Part shown: piece after piece, positions 20,284 to 46,696 of the stretch
Numbering within the stretch: position 1 is the first letter of the stretch
How the letters are laid out: every line of letters begins with the position of its first letter
DNA from: the human T2T-CHM13v2.0 reference genome, Homo sapiens
Length of the DNA stretch: 64,000 nucleotides
Direction: 5' to 3' (one strand)
Assembly (NCBI RefSeq): GCF_009914755.1
Contig: NC_060937.1
The notes under the pieces: model-generated
The model's input: the letters and a program-made list of their open reading frames with translations, nothing else
What the model was told of the DNA's origin: nothing
Databases searched by the model: none
Program-made: the position numbers and the translations under genes

Positions 20284-20948
20284 GTCCAGTGATTTTTGAC
20301 AATAGTGCCAAGACCATTCAATGGGGAAATCACAGTGTTTTCAACAAATGATACTGGGAAAACTGGATGTCCACATGCAAAAGAATGATGTTGGACCCTT
20401 AACCTTACACCATATGCAAAACTTAAAATGGTTCAAAGACCTAAATTTAAGATCTAAAACTATAAAACTCTTAGAAGAAAACGTAAGGAGAAAGTTTCAT
20501 GACCTTGGACTTGGCAATAATTTCTTAGATAAGACACACAAAAAAACATTAAAAAGTGAATAGATAAATTGGACTATATCAAAGTTTATCAAAGTTTAAA
20601 CAATGTGCATCAAACGACAAAATCAACAGAGTGAAAAATCTAGAATGCGAGAAAATATCTGCAATCATATGTCTGATAAGCAGTTAATATTCAGAATATA
20701 TAAAGAGCTCCTACAACTCAACAAAAAATATATAACCTGATTAAAAAATGGACAAAGGGGCTGAGCACGGTGGCTCATGCCTGTAATCCCGGCACTTTGG
20801 GAGGCCTAGGTGGGTGGATCGCTTGAGCCTAGGAGTTCAAGACCAGCCTGAGCAACATAGCAAAGCCCTTTTTTGTTTTTTTGGTCTCTACAAAAAATAC
20901 AAAAATTAGCAGGGTGTGGTGGTGCATACCTGTAGTCCCAGCTACTCA

Positions 20949-21086
<138 letters not shown>

Positions 21087-21111
21087 TCACGCCTGTAATC
21101 CCAGCACTTTA

Positions 21112-21327
<216 letters not shown>

Positions 21328-21728
21328 CTAAATAAATAAATAAAGGACAAAGGACTTGCATAGACCTTCCTCCAAAGAAGATATAAAAATGGCCAACAAG
21401 CATATGATAAGATGCTCAGCATGACTAATCATTAGGGAAATGCACATCGAACCCACGAGAGCTGAGCAGAGCGGCATGCACCTACAGTCCAAGCTACTTG
21501 GGAGGTAGAGGCAGAAGGTGAGACCCCATCTCTAAAAAAAATTTTTAATAAAAAATAAAGAAACCACATGAGTTATTGTGTCACACCTATTAGTATGGCC
21601 AGTATGAAAAAAATAGAAAAAAAAAAAGTCTTGGCCGGGCGCGGTGGCTCACGCCTGTAGTCCCAGCACTTTGGGAGACTGAGGAGGGCAAATCATCTGG
21701 AGTCAGGAGTTCGAGACCAGCCTGGCTA

Positions 21729-22061
<333 letters not shown>

Positions 22062-22322
22062 TTAAACATAGAATGACCATATGATCCAGCAATCCCACTT
22101 TTGGATATATATCCAAAAGAACGGAAGGACACTGGTACACTCGCATTCACAGCACCACTATTCACAATAGCCAAAAGGCAAAAGTAACCCAAATGTCCAT
22201 TGAGGGATGAATAGAAAAATGTGGTCTCTACATACAGTGGAATATTAGCCTTAAAAAGGAAAGAAATTATGACATATGCTACATCTGAGCAAACCTTGAG
22301 AACATTATAGTAAATGAAATAA

Positions 22323-22692
<370 letters not shown>

Positions 22693-23048
22693 TGAACTCC
22701 TGACCTCATGATCCACCCGCCTCAGCCTCCCAAAGTGCTGGGATTGCAGGCATGAGCCACTGCGCCCAGCCAGAATTTCAGTTTTCTAAGATGAAAAAGT
22801 CCTAGAGATTTGCTGCACAACGATTTGAATATACTTAACAGTATTGAACTGCATACTTCAGAATGATTTAGGGGATTGGCTGGGAGCCATGGATCACACC
22901 TGTATCCCAGCACTTTGAGAGGCCGAGGCGGGCAGATCACTTGAGGTCAGGAGTTCAAGACCAGCCTGGCCAATGTGGTAAAACACCATCTCTACTAAAC
23001 ATACAACATTTAGCCAGGTGTAGTGGTGCACACCTGTGGCCTCAGCTA

Positions 23049-23229
<181 letters not shown>

Positions 23230-23351
23230 TCATTCTCTTTCTCCAGTTAATATTAGAGTTTTCCAGAGGCTACATGGTATGTTATATCACAATAGATTGA
23301 ATGTAGAGACACATATGAAAATTCAGTGACATTCTGTTAAGACAGACATTA

Positions 23352-24234
<883 letters not shown>

Positions 24235-24307
24235 CTAAGAAATTTGTAAAAATGTGAAACAATGCCGCTCCTCTCACTAATTTTTTCTTTTTTTTTTTTT
24301 TTTTTGA

Positions 24308-24605
<298 letters not shown>

Positions 24606-25398
24606 TAAAAATACTTATTTTCATAAAAATATGTTAACTTGTAATCAGTTTTTTACTCTATGAATTAAAACATATTTCAAATGTTTTATTTAATACAGTA
24701 AGTACGAATAAATAAAATCCACATATGCTGTAGAAAAGTCTTCTAGGGTAATAATAAGGTTTGGGTTTTTAAAGTCTTTAGGGTCATAATAAAGTCTGAG
24801 GGTTTTTTTTATTTTAGTTGATTTAATGTTTTATTGTTAATGTCCCTAATATTTAGGGGAACATAATTTTCTTTTTTTTTTTTTTTTGAGATGGAGTTTT
24901 GCTCTGTCGCCCAGGCTGGAGTGAAGTGGCACAATCTCGGCTCACTGCAACCTCTGCTCCCCAGGTTCAAGCGATTCTCCTGCCTCAGCCTCCCGAGTAG
25001 CTGGGATTATTGGCACCCGCCACCACGCCTGGCTAATTTTTGTATTTTTAGTAGAGATGGGGTTTCACCATGTTGGCCAGGCAGGTCTCAAACTCCTGAC
25101 TTCAGGTGATCCACCCACCTCAGCCTCCCAAAGTACTAGGATTACAGGCGTGAGCCACCGCACCTGGCCCATTTTAATTTTTTAAATGCTGAAATTAGTT
25201 ATTAGATGCACTTACTAATAATTAAAATGCCACATTTTCAAATGATTAAAACAAAACATTATACTGAAACATGCACTCTTGAAAAATAAAGGGAGTGACA
25301 GGAACTGAACATTAAATGTGATCCCAGCCAGGCAAGGTGGCGCATGCCTGCAATCCCAGCACGCTGGGAGGCCAAGGCGGTTGGATCACCTGAGGTCA

Positions 25399-25602
<204 letters not shown>

Positions 25603-26072
25603 TCAAAAAAGAAAACAAAAAAAAAGTCACTCCAGGTGCAGGAAAAGCCTGGGAAAAAGCCACTTGGGACTGGCTGCCAGCTGCCATCATCGGATGCACT
25701 GCAACTGTGATTGTGAGCCCCGCCATGTGCACATCACCTCATCAGGTGCCTTCCAGCATGTGTTATATAATCCCACTGTGTCTATAGCCACAATCTACAC
25801 ACTCTAAACCCAGCTACTCGTTTTGTCAATGCAATGTTGTGGGTCACAAGGGAAATAGAGTCAAGAATCCTGATGGATCTCTAATCTATCCATCCACCTT
25901 GCTAAAAAGAAGGGAATGCCGGCTGGGCGGTGGCTCATGCATGTAATCCCAGCATTTTGGGAGGCCGAAGAGGGCAGATCACTTGAAGTCAAGAGTTCGA
26001 GACCAGCCTGGCCAATATGGTGAAACTCTACCTTCCTTATAAAGCTCGATATTGGCTGGGCGCGGTGGCTCA

Positions 26073-26402
<330 letters not shown>

Positions 26403-26591
26403 TCAAATTAAACATTTTTGATTTTGTGATAAACAAGCTCATTTTTTAAGATATTTCTGAGACAAATCCTGCAGGCATAACAACTTGGCAGTGTGAGTTA
26501 TTCACAGATTCTCAAAGTCTTTTTCATTTTTAAAAATTATTTTATTTTATTTTATTTTATTTTTGAGACAGATTCTCACAAATCTCTAAGA

Positions 26592-28310
<1,719 letters not shown>

Positions 28311-28380
28311 AGAAGCTGGAAAAACTCCCCACCTGACCTGATGGCTTCCAAGCATAACCTGCAGGCTGAGAAAGAGGCTC

Positions 28381-28455
28381 AGCTTTCAGTAGGTCCCTTG
28401 TTATTACTTTTTAAGAGTGTAAGGAGTTCCAAAACAAAACCTTTGAGAACCACTG
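28381..28455. mobile_element. hAT-Charlie1 terminal fragment
   Basis: Reverse complement CAGTGGTTCTCAAAGG...CCTTACACTCTTAAAAA resembles 47802-47851 (CAGTGGTTCTAGAAC...CCTTTATACTCTTAAAAA). Confidence 0.7.
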
Positions 28456-28908
28456 TAGCAGACGGCTCATTGACTTGGAAGGGTATCTTCTGATTCTTCC
28501 ATCTAGTGAGGAGCACGGCATTTGCCAAAAGCGCGTTCATTTGCTTGTTAACTACAGAAGTCAAGCACTGCCTCAGCAGGGCTGGCTCCACTGCCCCAGA
28601 GACCAGACACAACAGCTGCACTCTGGCCCCCACCCTGTGACACCATCCCTGCCTCCTGCAAGAATTTTTATCTGATTTCTCTCCCAACAAAGCTCAAGCC
28701 TCTCTCTTCTCAGAGACTGCCCTTAGCAGCTCTTCTGGCTCTGTTCCTACACTTTTAATTAAAAGGAAGTGTCATATTTGAAGCAACACCATGTTCTTTC
28801 TGTAGCCTTAAAATAATTTGTTACTGAGCCAGTAAGTGGTGGCTTACATCTGTAACCCCAGCACTTTGGAAGGCCGAGGTGGGAGGATTGCTTGAGCCCA
28901 GGAGTTCA

Positions 28909-29166
<258 letters not shown>

Positions 29167-29293
29167 TCAAGTTTGATGGATGTATATAATAATGACCTGT
29201 AGAACATAACTGAATTAGATAATCCTATGTGCTTTATACTATTTTTTATACTGTTATTCTACAAAAACTTGTGATCAATTTATGTAGAGACCA

Positions 29294-29639
<346 letters not shown>

Positions 29640-30104
29640 TCAAGCTTCAGTTTCAAGCATTTGATATGCGCAAAATGGTGCTCAATACATACATTGAACA
29701 TAAGCCTGCTCAGTATCTTTTTGTTGGTTTAACATGGAATCAACAAACAGTAGGTGCTCATATGGTTCAAGAACAGAGTAAGCCATACCATTCAAGGGTG
29801 TTTAGTTGTTTTGTTTTGTTTTGTTATATTTTGGAGAGTGGGAGACATAATGCATATTTGACTTCATAGAAATTTCTCAAATATTTCTTGTTTCTAAGTG
29901 ACTGCGTAGGCTCAACAGAACCTTCCTGGAAAACATAGATATAAAAAGAAATCACTAAAAGAACACATTGCAGTTTGCAGGTGGCTTGACTGAAAAAAAA
30001 AAAGAAAAAGAAAACACCTACTTTCCTCTCCATGGAAACAGCATGCCAGAAAATTTTGTGGACCCTTGAAATGAGCACACATCTCACTTGCAAAAGCACA
30101 GCAC

Positions 30105-30123
30105 CAGCGCCCTCTGCTGTTTC
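30105..30123 (-). promoter_or_regulatory. Candidate CTCF site (reverse)
   Basis: Minus strand GAAACAGCAGAGGGCGCTG resembles the CTCF core CCASYAGRKGGCRS, in apparently non-repetitive DNA. Confidence 0.6.
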
Positions 30124-30680
30124 CTGGTTTGATTTAGAACTCAGAGAAGCTACAGTACTTTCTAGACTAAAATACCATGTAGAGTTCAGGATAATTATAT
30201 TCTAGATTAGACATAGGCAAGCACATTTATATTAGTACATTCTGTAGTATATTCCAGAGTGAAGGAAATCAAATCATCAAATACATTTGCATCAGAATAT
30301 TTCTGCATGCTCTCTTATTGTTTTAGTATCTGTTTTTGTTTCAACTATGATCATGTAACCTGTTATTGCAAAGAAATGACTTGCAACAGTTATCTATTTA
30401 CATTTATATAGTATAAACTCCCGTGACCTAGAAGAGAAACATGCAAAAAAATCTACTCAACAAAATTTAACTGATCTCTGAAAAAGATATGCATGGAAGA
30501 GAGCAGAACAACTAAATTCCATTCAGGGAGTTCTAAAACCTTTTTTCCTTTTTCTGTATTTTCAGTAGATACTGGGTTTCACCATGTTGGCCAGGATGGT
30601 CTCAATCTCCTGACCTCGTGATCTGCCCGCCTCGGCCTTCCAAAGTGTGGGATTATAGGTGGGAGCCACCGCGGCTGGCC

Positions 30681-31470
<790 letters not shown>

Positions 31471-31832
31471 ATAACAGCTGCTATGTTATTGTTAGTGCTA
31501 CAGGTTAGTTATCTGAATTAATCAGTAATATAATAAGAGGAAACTGTTATATGAAAAATGGGCATCCACTGGATAGTTTAAAACTAATGTTTTGGCTGGG
31601 TGTGGTGGCTCATACCTGTAATCCCAGCACTTTGGAAGGCCAAGGCAGGAGGATTACTTGAGGTCAGGAGTTTGAGACCATCCTGGACAACATAGTAAGA
31701 TCCCATCTCTAGCAAAAAATATGAAAATTAGCCAGGCACGATGGTGCAGCTGTAGTCCTAACTACTCAGGAGGTTGAGGTGAGCCCAAGATATTGAGGCT
31801 ACAGTTAGCTATGATTGCACCACTATACTCTA

Positions 31833-32150
<318 letters not shown>

Positions 32151-32611
32151 TCAAAAAAAAAAAAATTAAAATAATAATGTATGTGTGTTTTCTTGGTTGT
32201 TGTTGTTTTAAGACAGGATCTCACTCTGTTGCCCGGGCTGGAGTACAATCTCGTTGCCAGGCTGGGGCACAATCTCGGCTCACTGCAACCTCTACCTCCT
32301 GGGCTCAAACAATCCTCACCTCAGTCTTCCCACTAGCTGGGACCACAGGTGTGCACCACCATGACCAGCTAACTTTTTTTTTCTTTTTTTGAGACAAGAG
32401 TCTTGCTCTGTCACCCAGGCTGGAGTACAGTGGTGCGATCTCAACTCACTGCAGCATCCGCCTCCTGGGTTCATATGATTCTCGTGCTTCAGCCTCCTGG
32501 GTAGCTGGGACTATGGGTGTGCGCCACCGCGCCTGGCTAATTTTTGAACTTTTAGTAAAGACAGGGTTTCACTGTGCTGACCAGGATGGTCTCGATCTCC
32601 TGACTGCGTGA

Positions 32612-32824
<213 letters not shown>

Positions 32825-33133
32825 TGAGGGAAATTTCTTTAAATTATTTTTATCTTTAGCACCAGTTATTGAGTTCCTCATTTGCTCACTTTCTCTACTG
32901 GAACTGAGAAGCTGGGGTTTACTAAATCTATGCCTTGACAATACCAATTCAAACTCTTTTCAGTTCACTAAGATAAGGAACAAGATCCCCACGTGGAGAA
33001 ATAAAGCACAATCATCAAAGACAAATTGTAAACATCATTGAAACTTACACAAGAAAATGTCACATAACATTAGCTTCTTCTTCAGACTTTGAAAAAACAA
33101 TCACTTGTTGTTAAAATTTTTTTAATCACATGA

Positions 33134-33250
33134 AAAATTTAAAATTTAATTAAATTTAAAAATTTAAATTTAAAAAATATTTAAAATTTAATTAAATTTA
33201 AAAACTACTTAAAATTAATTAAATTTAAAATGTAATTAAAAATTTAAAAA
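33134..33250. repeat. AT-rich quasi-palindromic low-complexity tract
   Basis: Reiterated TTTAAAATTTAATTAAATTTAAAAA units. Confidence 0.9.
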
Positions 33251-33462
33251 TCACATTGATTCCTATAGCACTTGAAATCTCTGATTGTCCAAGGACTAAA
33301 CGTTATAAGGCTTTTTGATGAGCTAAGGAAATTTTTCTCTTTTATTTTTCCTAAATATCATTTACATCTATAAATGATGAGGTAAAAGTGTGAGATTGAT
33401 TCCCTGCCCTGCGCTGCCCTGAGACAGGGTCTCGCTCTGTCGCTCAGGATAGAGTGCAGTGA

Positions 33463-33722
<260 letters not shown>

Positions 33723-33737
33723 TAAAAATATATTTGA

Positions 33738-34194
<457 letters not shown>

Positions 34195-34634
34195 TGAGTA
34201 GCTGGGATTACAGGTGCGTACCACCACACCCAGCTAATTTTTGTATTTTTAGCAGGTACAGGATTTCGTCATGTTGGCCAGGCTGGTCTTGAATTCCTGA
34301 CCTCAAGCAATCTGCCCACCTCAACCTCCCAAATTGATGGGCTTACAGGCGTGAGCCACCGCACCCATAGACCTACTAAAATTTAGAGTAGAAGATTCCA
34401 GTTAGCACAATAATTACCCTTTCTGCCTGACTGGATGCTTCAAAATAATTAACACATTAATTTTGTAGAGACAACTTTAGAACATGGTGACATTTTAAAA
34501 GCTGAAAAATGTTCACATAGAAGGAAAGTCATAGAAAGAATAAATATAAATGACTGATTAACATATGAAAAATGTTTAAGTTCACTAATATCCAAACAAC
34601 TGGGATTTTTCTCTGTTAAATTGACATGTTTTTA

Positions 34635-36783
<2,149 letters not shown>

Positions 36784-36939
36784 TTAAAAAATAAAGGCAG
36801 GCCGGGTGTGGTGGTTCATGCCTGTAATCCTAGCACTTTGGGAGGCCAAGGCAGGCGGGTCACCTGAGGTCAGGAATTCAAGAACATTCTATCCAACATG
36901 GTGAAACCCTGTCTCTACTAAACATAAAAAAATTAGTCA

Positions 36940-37122
<183 letters not shown>

Positions 37123-37346
37123 CTAAACTCTGCACAAAGGTAATATAAAGTAGGTTTAAGAACTCAGACCCTGAAGCCACCACTGTCTGCATGGATTGGG
37201 GCAGCTACTTAGCCTCTCTTCCCTTCAGTGTACTTGTCTACAAAGAAGGAATAATAATAGCAACTGCATCATACAGGATTAAATTCATTAAGTACAAAGG
37301 ACTTAGAATAGTGGTTGACACAAACTAAATGTTCAATCAATTTTAG

Positions 37347-37664
<318 letters not shown>

Positions 37665-37798
37665 TAGCCAGGATGGTCTCGGTCTCTTGACCTCATGATC
37701 TGCCCACCTTGGCCTCCCAAAGTGCTGGGATTACAGGCGTGAGCCACCGGTCTGTGTAGCCCTGTTATCTTTATTTTATTCTTTTTTTTTTTTTTTGA

Positions 37799-37987
<189 letters not shown>

Positions 37988-37990
37988 TAA

Positions 37991-38332
<342 letters not shown>

Positions 38333-38687
38333 TAATTATTTCCTTTCTGTACTTTGAATAAATGTACATGTTTCATGCAGGTGTTCTTTCTTTTCGTGCT
38401 CCAGAATTGTGGGTGAGACACACAGCTCTAGAAAAAGACATTCAGAACTCCACATTCTGTGTTTCTGGAGCCTTCAAGACCTCTCTGGGCTTACTGGGAA
38501 GCATACTTTTTCCCTGACAGGAGGATACAGTCCTGCTTACTACTGCACACTCTAGGGTCCCAGACCTTCTCAGTCCACGTGCTCGTAGTATCTCAGTCAT
38601 ATTTTCTTGGTGCACCCAGACCAAAAGAACTACCTTCCTGATTACATTCCATTTATTACGTAGCTAGTTCCAACATCTACAACCTAA

Positions 38688-38961
<274 letters not shown>

Positions 38962-39059
38962 TGATCCACCCGCCTCGGCCTCCCAAAGTGCTGGGATTAC
39001 AGGCGTGAGCCACTGCACCCGGCCCCTAATAGCCATTTTTAAAAGTTCATATAAATTGA

Positions 39060-39347
<288 letters not shown>

Positions 39348-39350
39348 TGA

Positions 39351-39620
<270 letters not shown>

Positions 39621-40359
39621 TGATCTGCCTGCCTCAGCCTCCCAAAGTGCTGGGATTATAAGCGTGAGGCACTGTGCCCAGTTTATTTCATTCTTAAATA
39701 GCCACAGTTGCTAATGGGATATGTGTGCCTGTTGGGCACTGCACAACTCCTCAAACCCTGGAAAAAAATTGGCCGCTGCCACCCCTCTCATTTCCCATTC
39801 CACATTGACTTTCACAGTCAATGCTTTTTATCCCCAGCTTTGCAAAGATAATATGTTAATGCAAGGGATATAGTGTGTTCTAATGTCAAAATTGTGCTAA
39901 TACTGTAGTTAGAGTGGTGTGTAACTGACATAGCTGTTTCCCTCAAATATTTGAAACAGCCCACAGTGCCCCTGTGAATTTGCTGTTCCCAAGCCACCCT
40001 GGCACACAGTTTGAGAACCTCAGCTGTATAACTTTTTATAACTTTTGAATCTAGCTGAGGAGTCAGCCCATTGTGAAAAAGCATGACATAAATAGTTCCC
40101 CCCAATCATTTTGTCCCAAAATGTTCTACAATCAAAGTACCCCTTTCCAGTGGACTGTGCAGAGGGGAAATAAACAAACAAACAAAACCCAAACTACCCT
40201 TTCCCATTGCGTAGCCAGTCCACTGAAGACATTTTGTTGCAGATTCTTTAACCTTCAATGCAATTTGCACTAGTGCCTTATCATCTGCAGTAGGGGATGG
40301 AGGTGTCAGCTTCACTTTTCCGTCTTTCCTGACATTTCTGGTATTGGAGAAAGAAAAAA

Positions 40360-40560
40360 AAAAACCATGGAAAGGGAAATAATAGGCACTGGGGGACTCC
40401 AAAGGGGGAGAGGATGGGAGGGATTTCATGTTGAAAAATGACCTATTGCATAGAAGATTCATTATTTTAGTGATGGGTGCACTAGAAACTCAAACCTCAC
40501 CATTCCACGTTATATCCATGTAACAAACATGCACATGTATGCCCTGAATAATGATAATAA
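40360..40560 (+). mobile_element. L1PB-like 3' end fragment
   Basis: CACTGGGGACTCCAAAGGGGGAGAGGATGGGAGGG-type segment and ATCCATGTAACAAACATGCACATGTATGCCCTGAAT. Confidence 0.7.
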
Positions 40561-40799
40561 GAGCATGGGAGACAGAGGTCTTATGTGACTGCCTGCCAAC
40601 TGCACATCCAAGATCCAGACTTGAAGCTTATAAATATGTATAAAATGTTGGGCTCAGGAGTGGTGGCTCACGCCTATAATCTCAGCACTTTGGGAGGTGA
40701 AGGCAAGCGGATCACTTGAGGCCAGGAGTTGGAGGCCAGCCCAGGCAATGTAGCAAGAGCCTGTCTCTACAAAACCTAAAAAAAATTAGCTGGACTTTA

Positions 40800-40997
<198 letters not shown>

Positions 40998-41385
40998 TCA
41001 GGAGATCGAGACCATCCTGGCTAACATGGTGAAACCCCGTCTCTACTAAAAATACAAAAAATTAGCCGGGCGTGGTGGAGGGCACCTGTAGTCCCAGCTA
41101 CTCAGGAGGCTGAGGCAGAAGAATGGTGTGAACCTGGGATGAGGAGCTTGCGGTGAGCCGAGATCGTGCCACTGCACTCCAGCCTGGGCAACAGAGCAAG
41201 ACTCTTGTCTAAAAAAAAATAGAGAGAGTGAAAAAAATAGCCAGGTACAGTGGCTCATGCCTGTAATTTCAGCACTTTGGGAGGCCGAGGCAGGAGAATC
41301 ACTTGAGGCTAGGAGGTGGAGGCCACATTGACCTATGATCGCATCACTGCACTACAGCATGGGCAGCAGAGTGATACCTTGTCTC

Positions 41386-41416
<31 letters not shown>

Positions 41417-41534
41417 CGGGCATGGTGGCTCACACCTGTAATCCCAGCATTTTGGGAGGCTGAGGCGGAAGGATCATTTGAGGTTAGGAGTTCGAAACCA
41501 GCCTGGCCAACATGGTGAAACCCTATTTCTACTA

Positions 41535-41729
<195 letters not shown>

Positions 41730-42755
41730 TTAACATAGATTATCCAGGTGAAGGGCACTGAGCTTAAACTTCATCACCTCATGGTAAGTTCCCTGTGCAA
41801 AGCTGGCAGCAAGGTTCTTGTGAGTGTCCCTGCCTCTGTGGCTAATGCTAACTGACATGGGCTATGTGAGGCGGCCCCTCAAATACTGGAACTTCCATAG
41901 GTGCATGTGGAGGGGCTTTTGGGAGGGTTCTGGGAGGAGTGGATCTGCCCGACATGGGTAAGCTGCCTCCATTCCCACTGTCTTCACGGTCACTCAACCG
42001 ACACGCTCTTACTCACTCCCTGTTCTTCATCTCTTCCAAGGTTTCTTCCCCTGCTTGGGGGACACAGTTGTCCTAATCAACAGCTGAGGCTGAGCCCAAG
42101 TCCAACCAGGAGACAGAAGAGTTTCTGTTGGCTGGGGAGGTGAGAAGGCTGGAGAGCTGATTGCGGATCTTGCCTTTCTCGGAAAGCCCAGAGGGGTCTC
42201 TAAGGTTCCCAGACACTTCACATTTTTTGTCCAGGGCTTTTGGTTTCAGCTGCAATTCTGGAACATGGGAAAAAAGAAAATCCACATAACATTCTGTTGT
42301 ACATTTATTCAAAATACAGAAATGAAATATTTAAAGAATAAAATAAAGATAACATTCACAAGAGGAACCATGAAATTAACCCTCTCCTGGGAGTATACAC
42401 TGGAAATCAATTTGGAAATATATAACAAGAGCATTAAAAATGTTCTTAAGAATATAATTAAAGATGCAGAAAAAGATTATGTACTCATGATAAAGCTTAT
42501 ACAAGGAAAAGAAAAAGATCATGTATAAAGATATGCAATATGATGTTATTTACAAGGTATATTTACATTTTAAATTATTTAAAATAGGAAATAACCTAAA
42601 TTTCCAATAACAAGTAAATGGTTAATTAATTTGGGCTATATCATCATAATGGAATATCATATAGCCATTCAAAGCCATTGTTTTATGAGTTTTAGTGACA
42701 GGGAAAATGATTACTATAGGTGTCTGTTCACTGTGTTTTCAAAGTGTCCTAAATT

Positions 42756-43371
<616 letters not shown>

Positions 43372-43968
43372 TGAGCCACTGTGCCTCACCTCAATTTTGT
43401 AGGATTTTTGTAGGATTTTGATTCCAATCTTTTCTCTGCCACTTATCATTTGTGTGCCCTGAGTGAGTTCCCGTCATCTCGGTATGTCTGTTTTTCATCT
43501 GTGCAATAGGGGTCACAGTACCTACCTCATGCTGGGTTTGAGATCTCCGTGTGCCACATATTAGCTTGTGACCTTGGGCTGATTAGTTGTCCTCTCTGAG
43601 CCTCAGCTCCCAAGCCAGGAGGTGGAGCTAATGTGGCTGCCTCCAGGCATTAGCACGAAGATGGGCAGGGATGGCTCTGAGCACCCAGCACAGAGCAAGA
43701 CCCCTTCACCCGGTAGACACCTGGCAGACGGGAATTACCACTGCTTATGATACAATGGTATTTCCTAAATTTGAAGATAATGTTGAAAGTAAGCTGCATC
43801 ATGGATTTAATAATAGTGCTTTGAGTGAGAGAGAGAGAGAAAAAAGAAACCAATGTGGCATTCAGTGCATAAGAATAAAATGAGGTGTTGAATAAAAAGA
43901 CTTGGGCCGGGCGTGGTGGCTCATGCCTGTAAATCCCAACACTTTGGGAGGCCGAGGTGGGTGGATTA

Positions 43969-44154
<186 letters not shown>

Positions 44155-44419
44155 TCACTCCACCCTGGGTGACAGAGCGAGACTCAAAGAAAAAAAAGTC
44201 GAATTTTTATACACATCCGTTAGGGACTTTTCACATCATGTGCATTTCCATAAATCTACACATTGTATTTTTGCACAGACTTGTGTTTCTAGGTGTGTCT
44301 GGGGCTCCAGGATTCTCTTACAGGAGACGACTGTTCAACTTGTTTTTAAATGAAAACACTAATGTTTCGTTTTATTTTTTTCCCTGCATGAAAAGTAACA
44401 ATCCACCATAAAGCAAGGG

Positions 44420-45212
44420 GCGTGCCCCCCGACCAAGCCATCCTTGCTCAGGGGTAGAGAGTAACCCTTTGCAGGGAGTGGGTGATAGTGCTAAGATTTG
44501 GGTTCTGGTTTTAAGGAGTTATTTAAAGTTTAGTTCTGAAAGAAGACGCAAAGGGGATTTCTCATGGAGGAATGCAAGCCTATGGGACAGAAGGCGATGA
44601 GTCAGGAATCGTTGGATTGGGTCACCAAAAGCCTGGGTCCTGATCCAGGATGCTTGTCCCAAAAGGGGCCCCACATACTTGATTAAGAAGGAAAGAGTGA
44701 GACCACTGTGAGGGGCAACAGTCAAGGATGGGGGGCAGAAGGGGTCTTTGAATCTGAAGCCCACCAGGGGCTGACTGTCCAGCTTTGATGTGAGCAAGAG
44801 CCCCTTTGAGGAGCTGCCCAGGCTAGTTCCTTCCACAGTGGCTCAAAGACAGGAGTGCCTGATCTGCTGCCGACTGGCTGGGAGACTGAGATTTGTTGCA
44901 GGCCAACTAGTGCATGTGACCCAGTGTCAGATATATCCCCAAAATATCCCTGGCAAGTGGCGGGATGATCTCCTACCCCTTCGCTTGAGCAGGCCGGAGG
45001 CCAGGAGCTGAGACTCCTCATTCTCCATTTCTGTTTACCTTCTCCCCAGCTGGGAACAAAGGACAAGAATTTGGGAGTGACAGGCATGTGGCCACACACT
45101 CAAATGCACTTGTTTATACCTGTTTGTTTACTGTTTCAGCAGATTCTTGCTTAGCAATAACTGAGTTTATCTCCTTGTCTTAAGGAAACTCTTAAGAATG
45201 TTATTATAATGT
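44420..45212 (-). mobile_element. Probable ERVL-class LTR (MER54/MER74-like)
   Basis: Minus-strand start TTCTTAAGAGTTTCCTTAAGACAAGGAGATAAAC resembles recalled MER54-type LTRs; ~0.8 kb. Subfamily uncertain. Confidence 0.4.
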
Positions 45213-46387
45213 AGTAAAATTTAAATGTCTCTTGAATGATGAAGCACTAACTAATGTGCTATATCTAAATGTAGAAATGCACATTTACGAGTATTGTCCT
45301 CTCCCGGCATTTTCATCTGAACATTCAGTCTGTTGACAACACTCAAAAACTTCATAAAAGATCACAATCTAGCACTTAAGTTCTACAGATAATGTTGAAA
45401 TCTTGCACAAGATTTAGGAATCTCAGGCAATGACATGCATAACATTGCTATTAGGAAATGTGTAATATACTCTTCTGTTACTATCAGTGGAAAGTCAAAA
45501 AACAAACAAACCATAGTGATAAGAGCTGTGTGAATTAAGGAATTTTAGAGCTGAAAGTGACCTTCGAAATCCTAGAGCCTCACCCATTTTTACCTTCTAA
45601 TAATCGTGCTGTAAAATATCACACTTACACTGTAGAAAATTTGGAAATATACAGAAGATGTTTAAAATTAGGAAGAAAAGGCTGGGCGCCGTGGCTCACG
45701 CCTGTAATCCCCGCACTTTCGGAGGCTGAGGTGGGCAGATCACAAGGTCAAGAGATCGAGACCAGCCTGGCCAACATGGTGAAACCCAGTCTCTACTAAA
45801 AATACAAAAAATTAGCTGGGCGTGGTGGCGCGCGCCACTGCAATCTGACCTAGCGACAGACTGAGACTCAGTCTCAAAAAAAAAAAAAATCAGGAAGAAA
45901 AAAATCACCCACAATTGTATCACCTACAAGAGGTCACCATTTTTTAAAACTTTGCCGTATTTCCTTTCAGACATGTAAAATTTTTGATATATTTATTTTT
46001 TTCTTTTTCTTGCTACAAAAAACTGAGATCGTACAGTTTGTATCCTTCACCCTTTACTTAACATTATATAGTGATAATTTTGCTTTTTATTAAAAACTTT
46101 TTGAATATGGAATTTTTATTGATTACATAAAATGTGACAGTATGGCATAGAGTCATAAAATATTTGTAACCGTCATCATAGTATTGAATGTGTAATTGCG
46201 TTTAAAGATACTATAGTATAGATGTGCTAAGGGAAATACTTTTGTGCATAACTGTTTGTCCCATTTTTAAATTGTTTCTGTAGAAATTGTTGCCAAATTT
46301 TGTTCCAGCCAGGTGCGGTGGCTCGCACCTGTAATCCCAGTACTTTGGGAGGCCGAGGTGGGTGGATCACTTGATGTCAGGAGTTCA

Positions 46388-46696
<309 letters not shown>

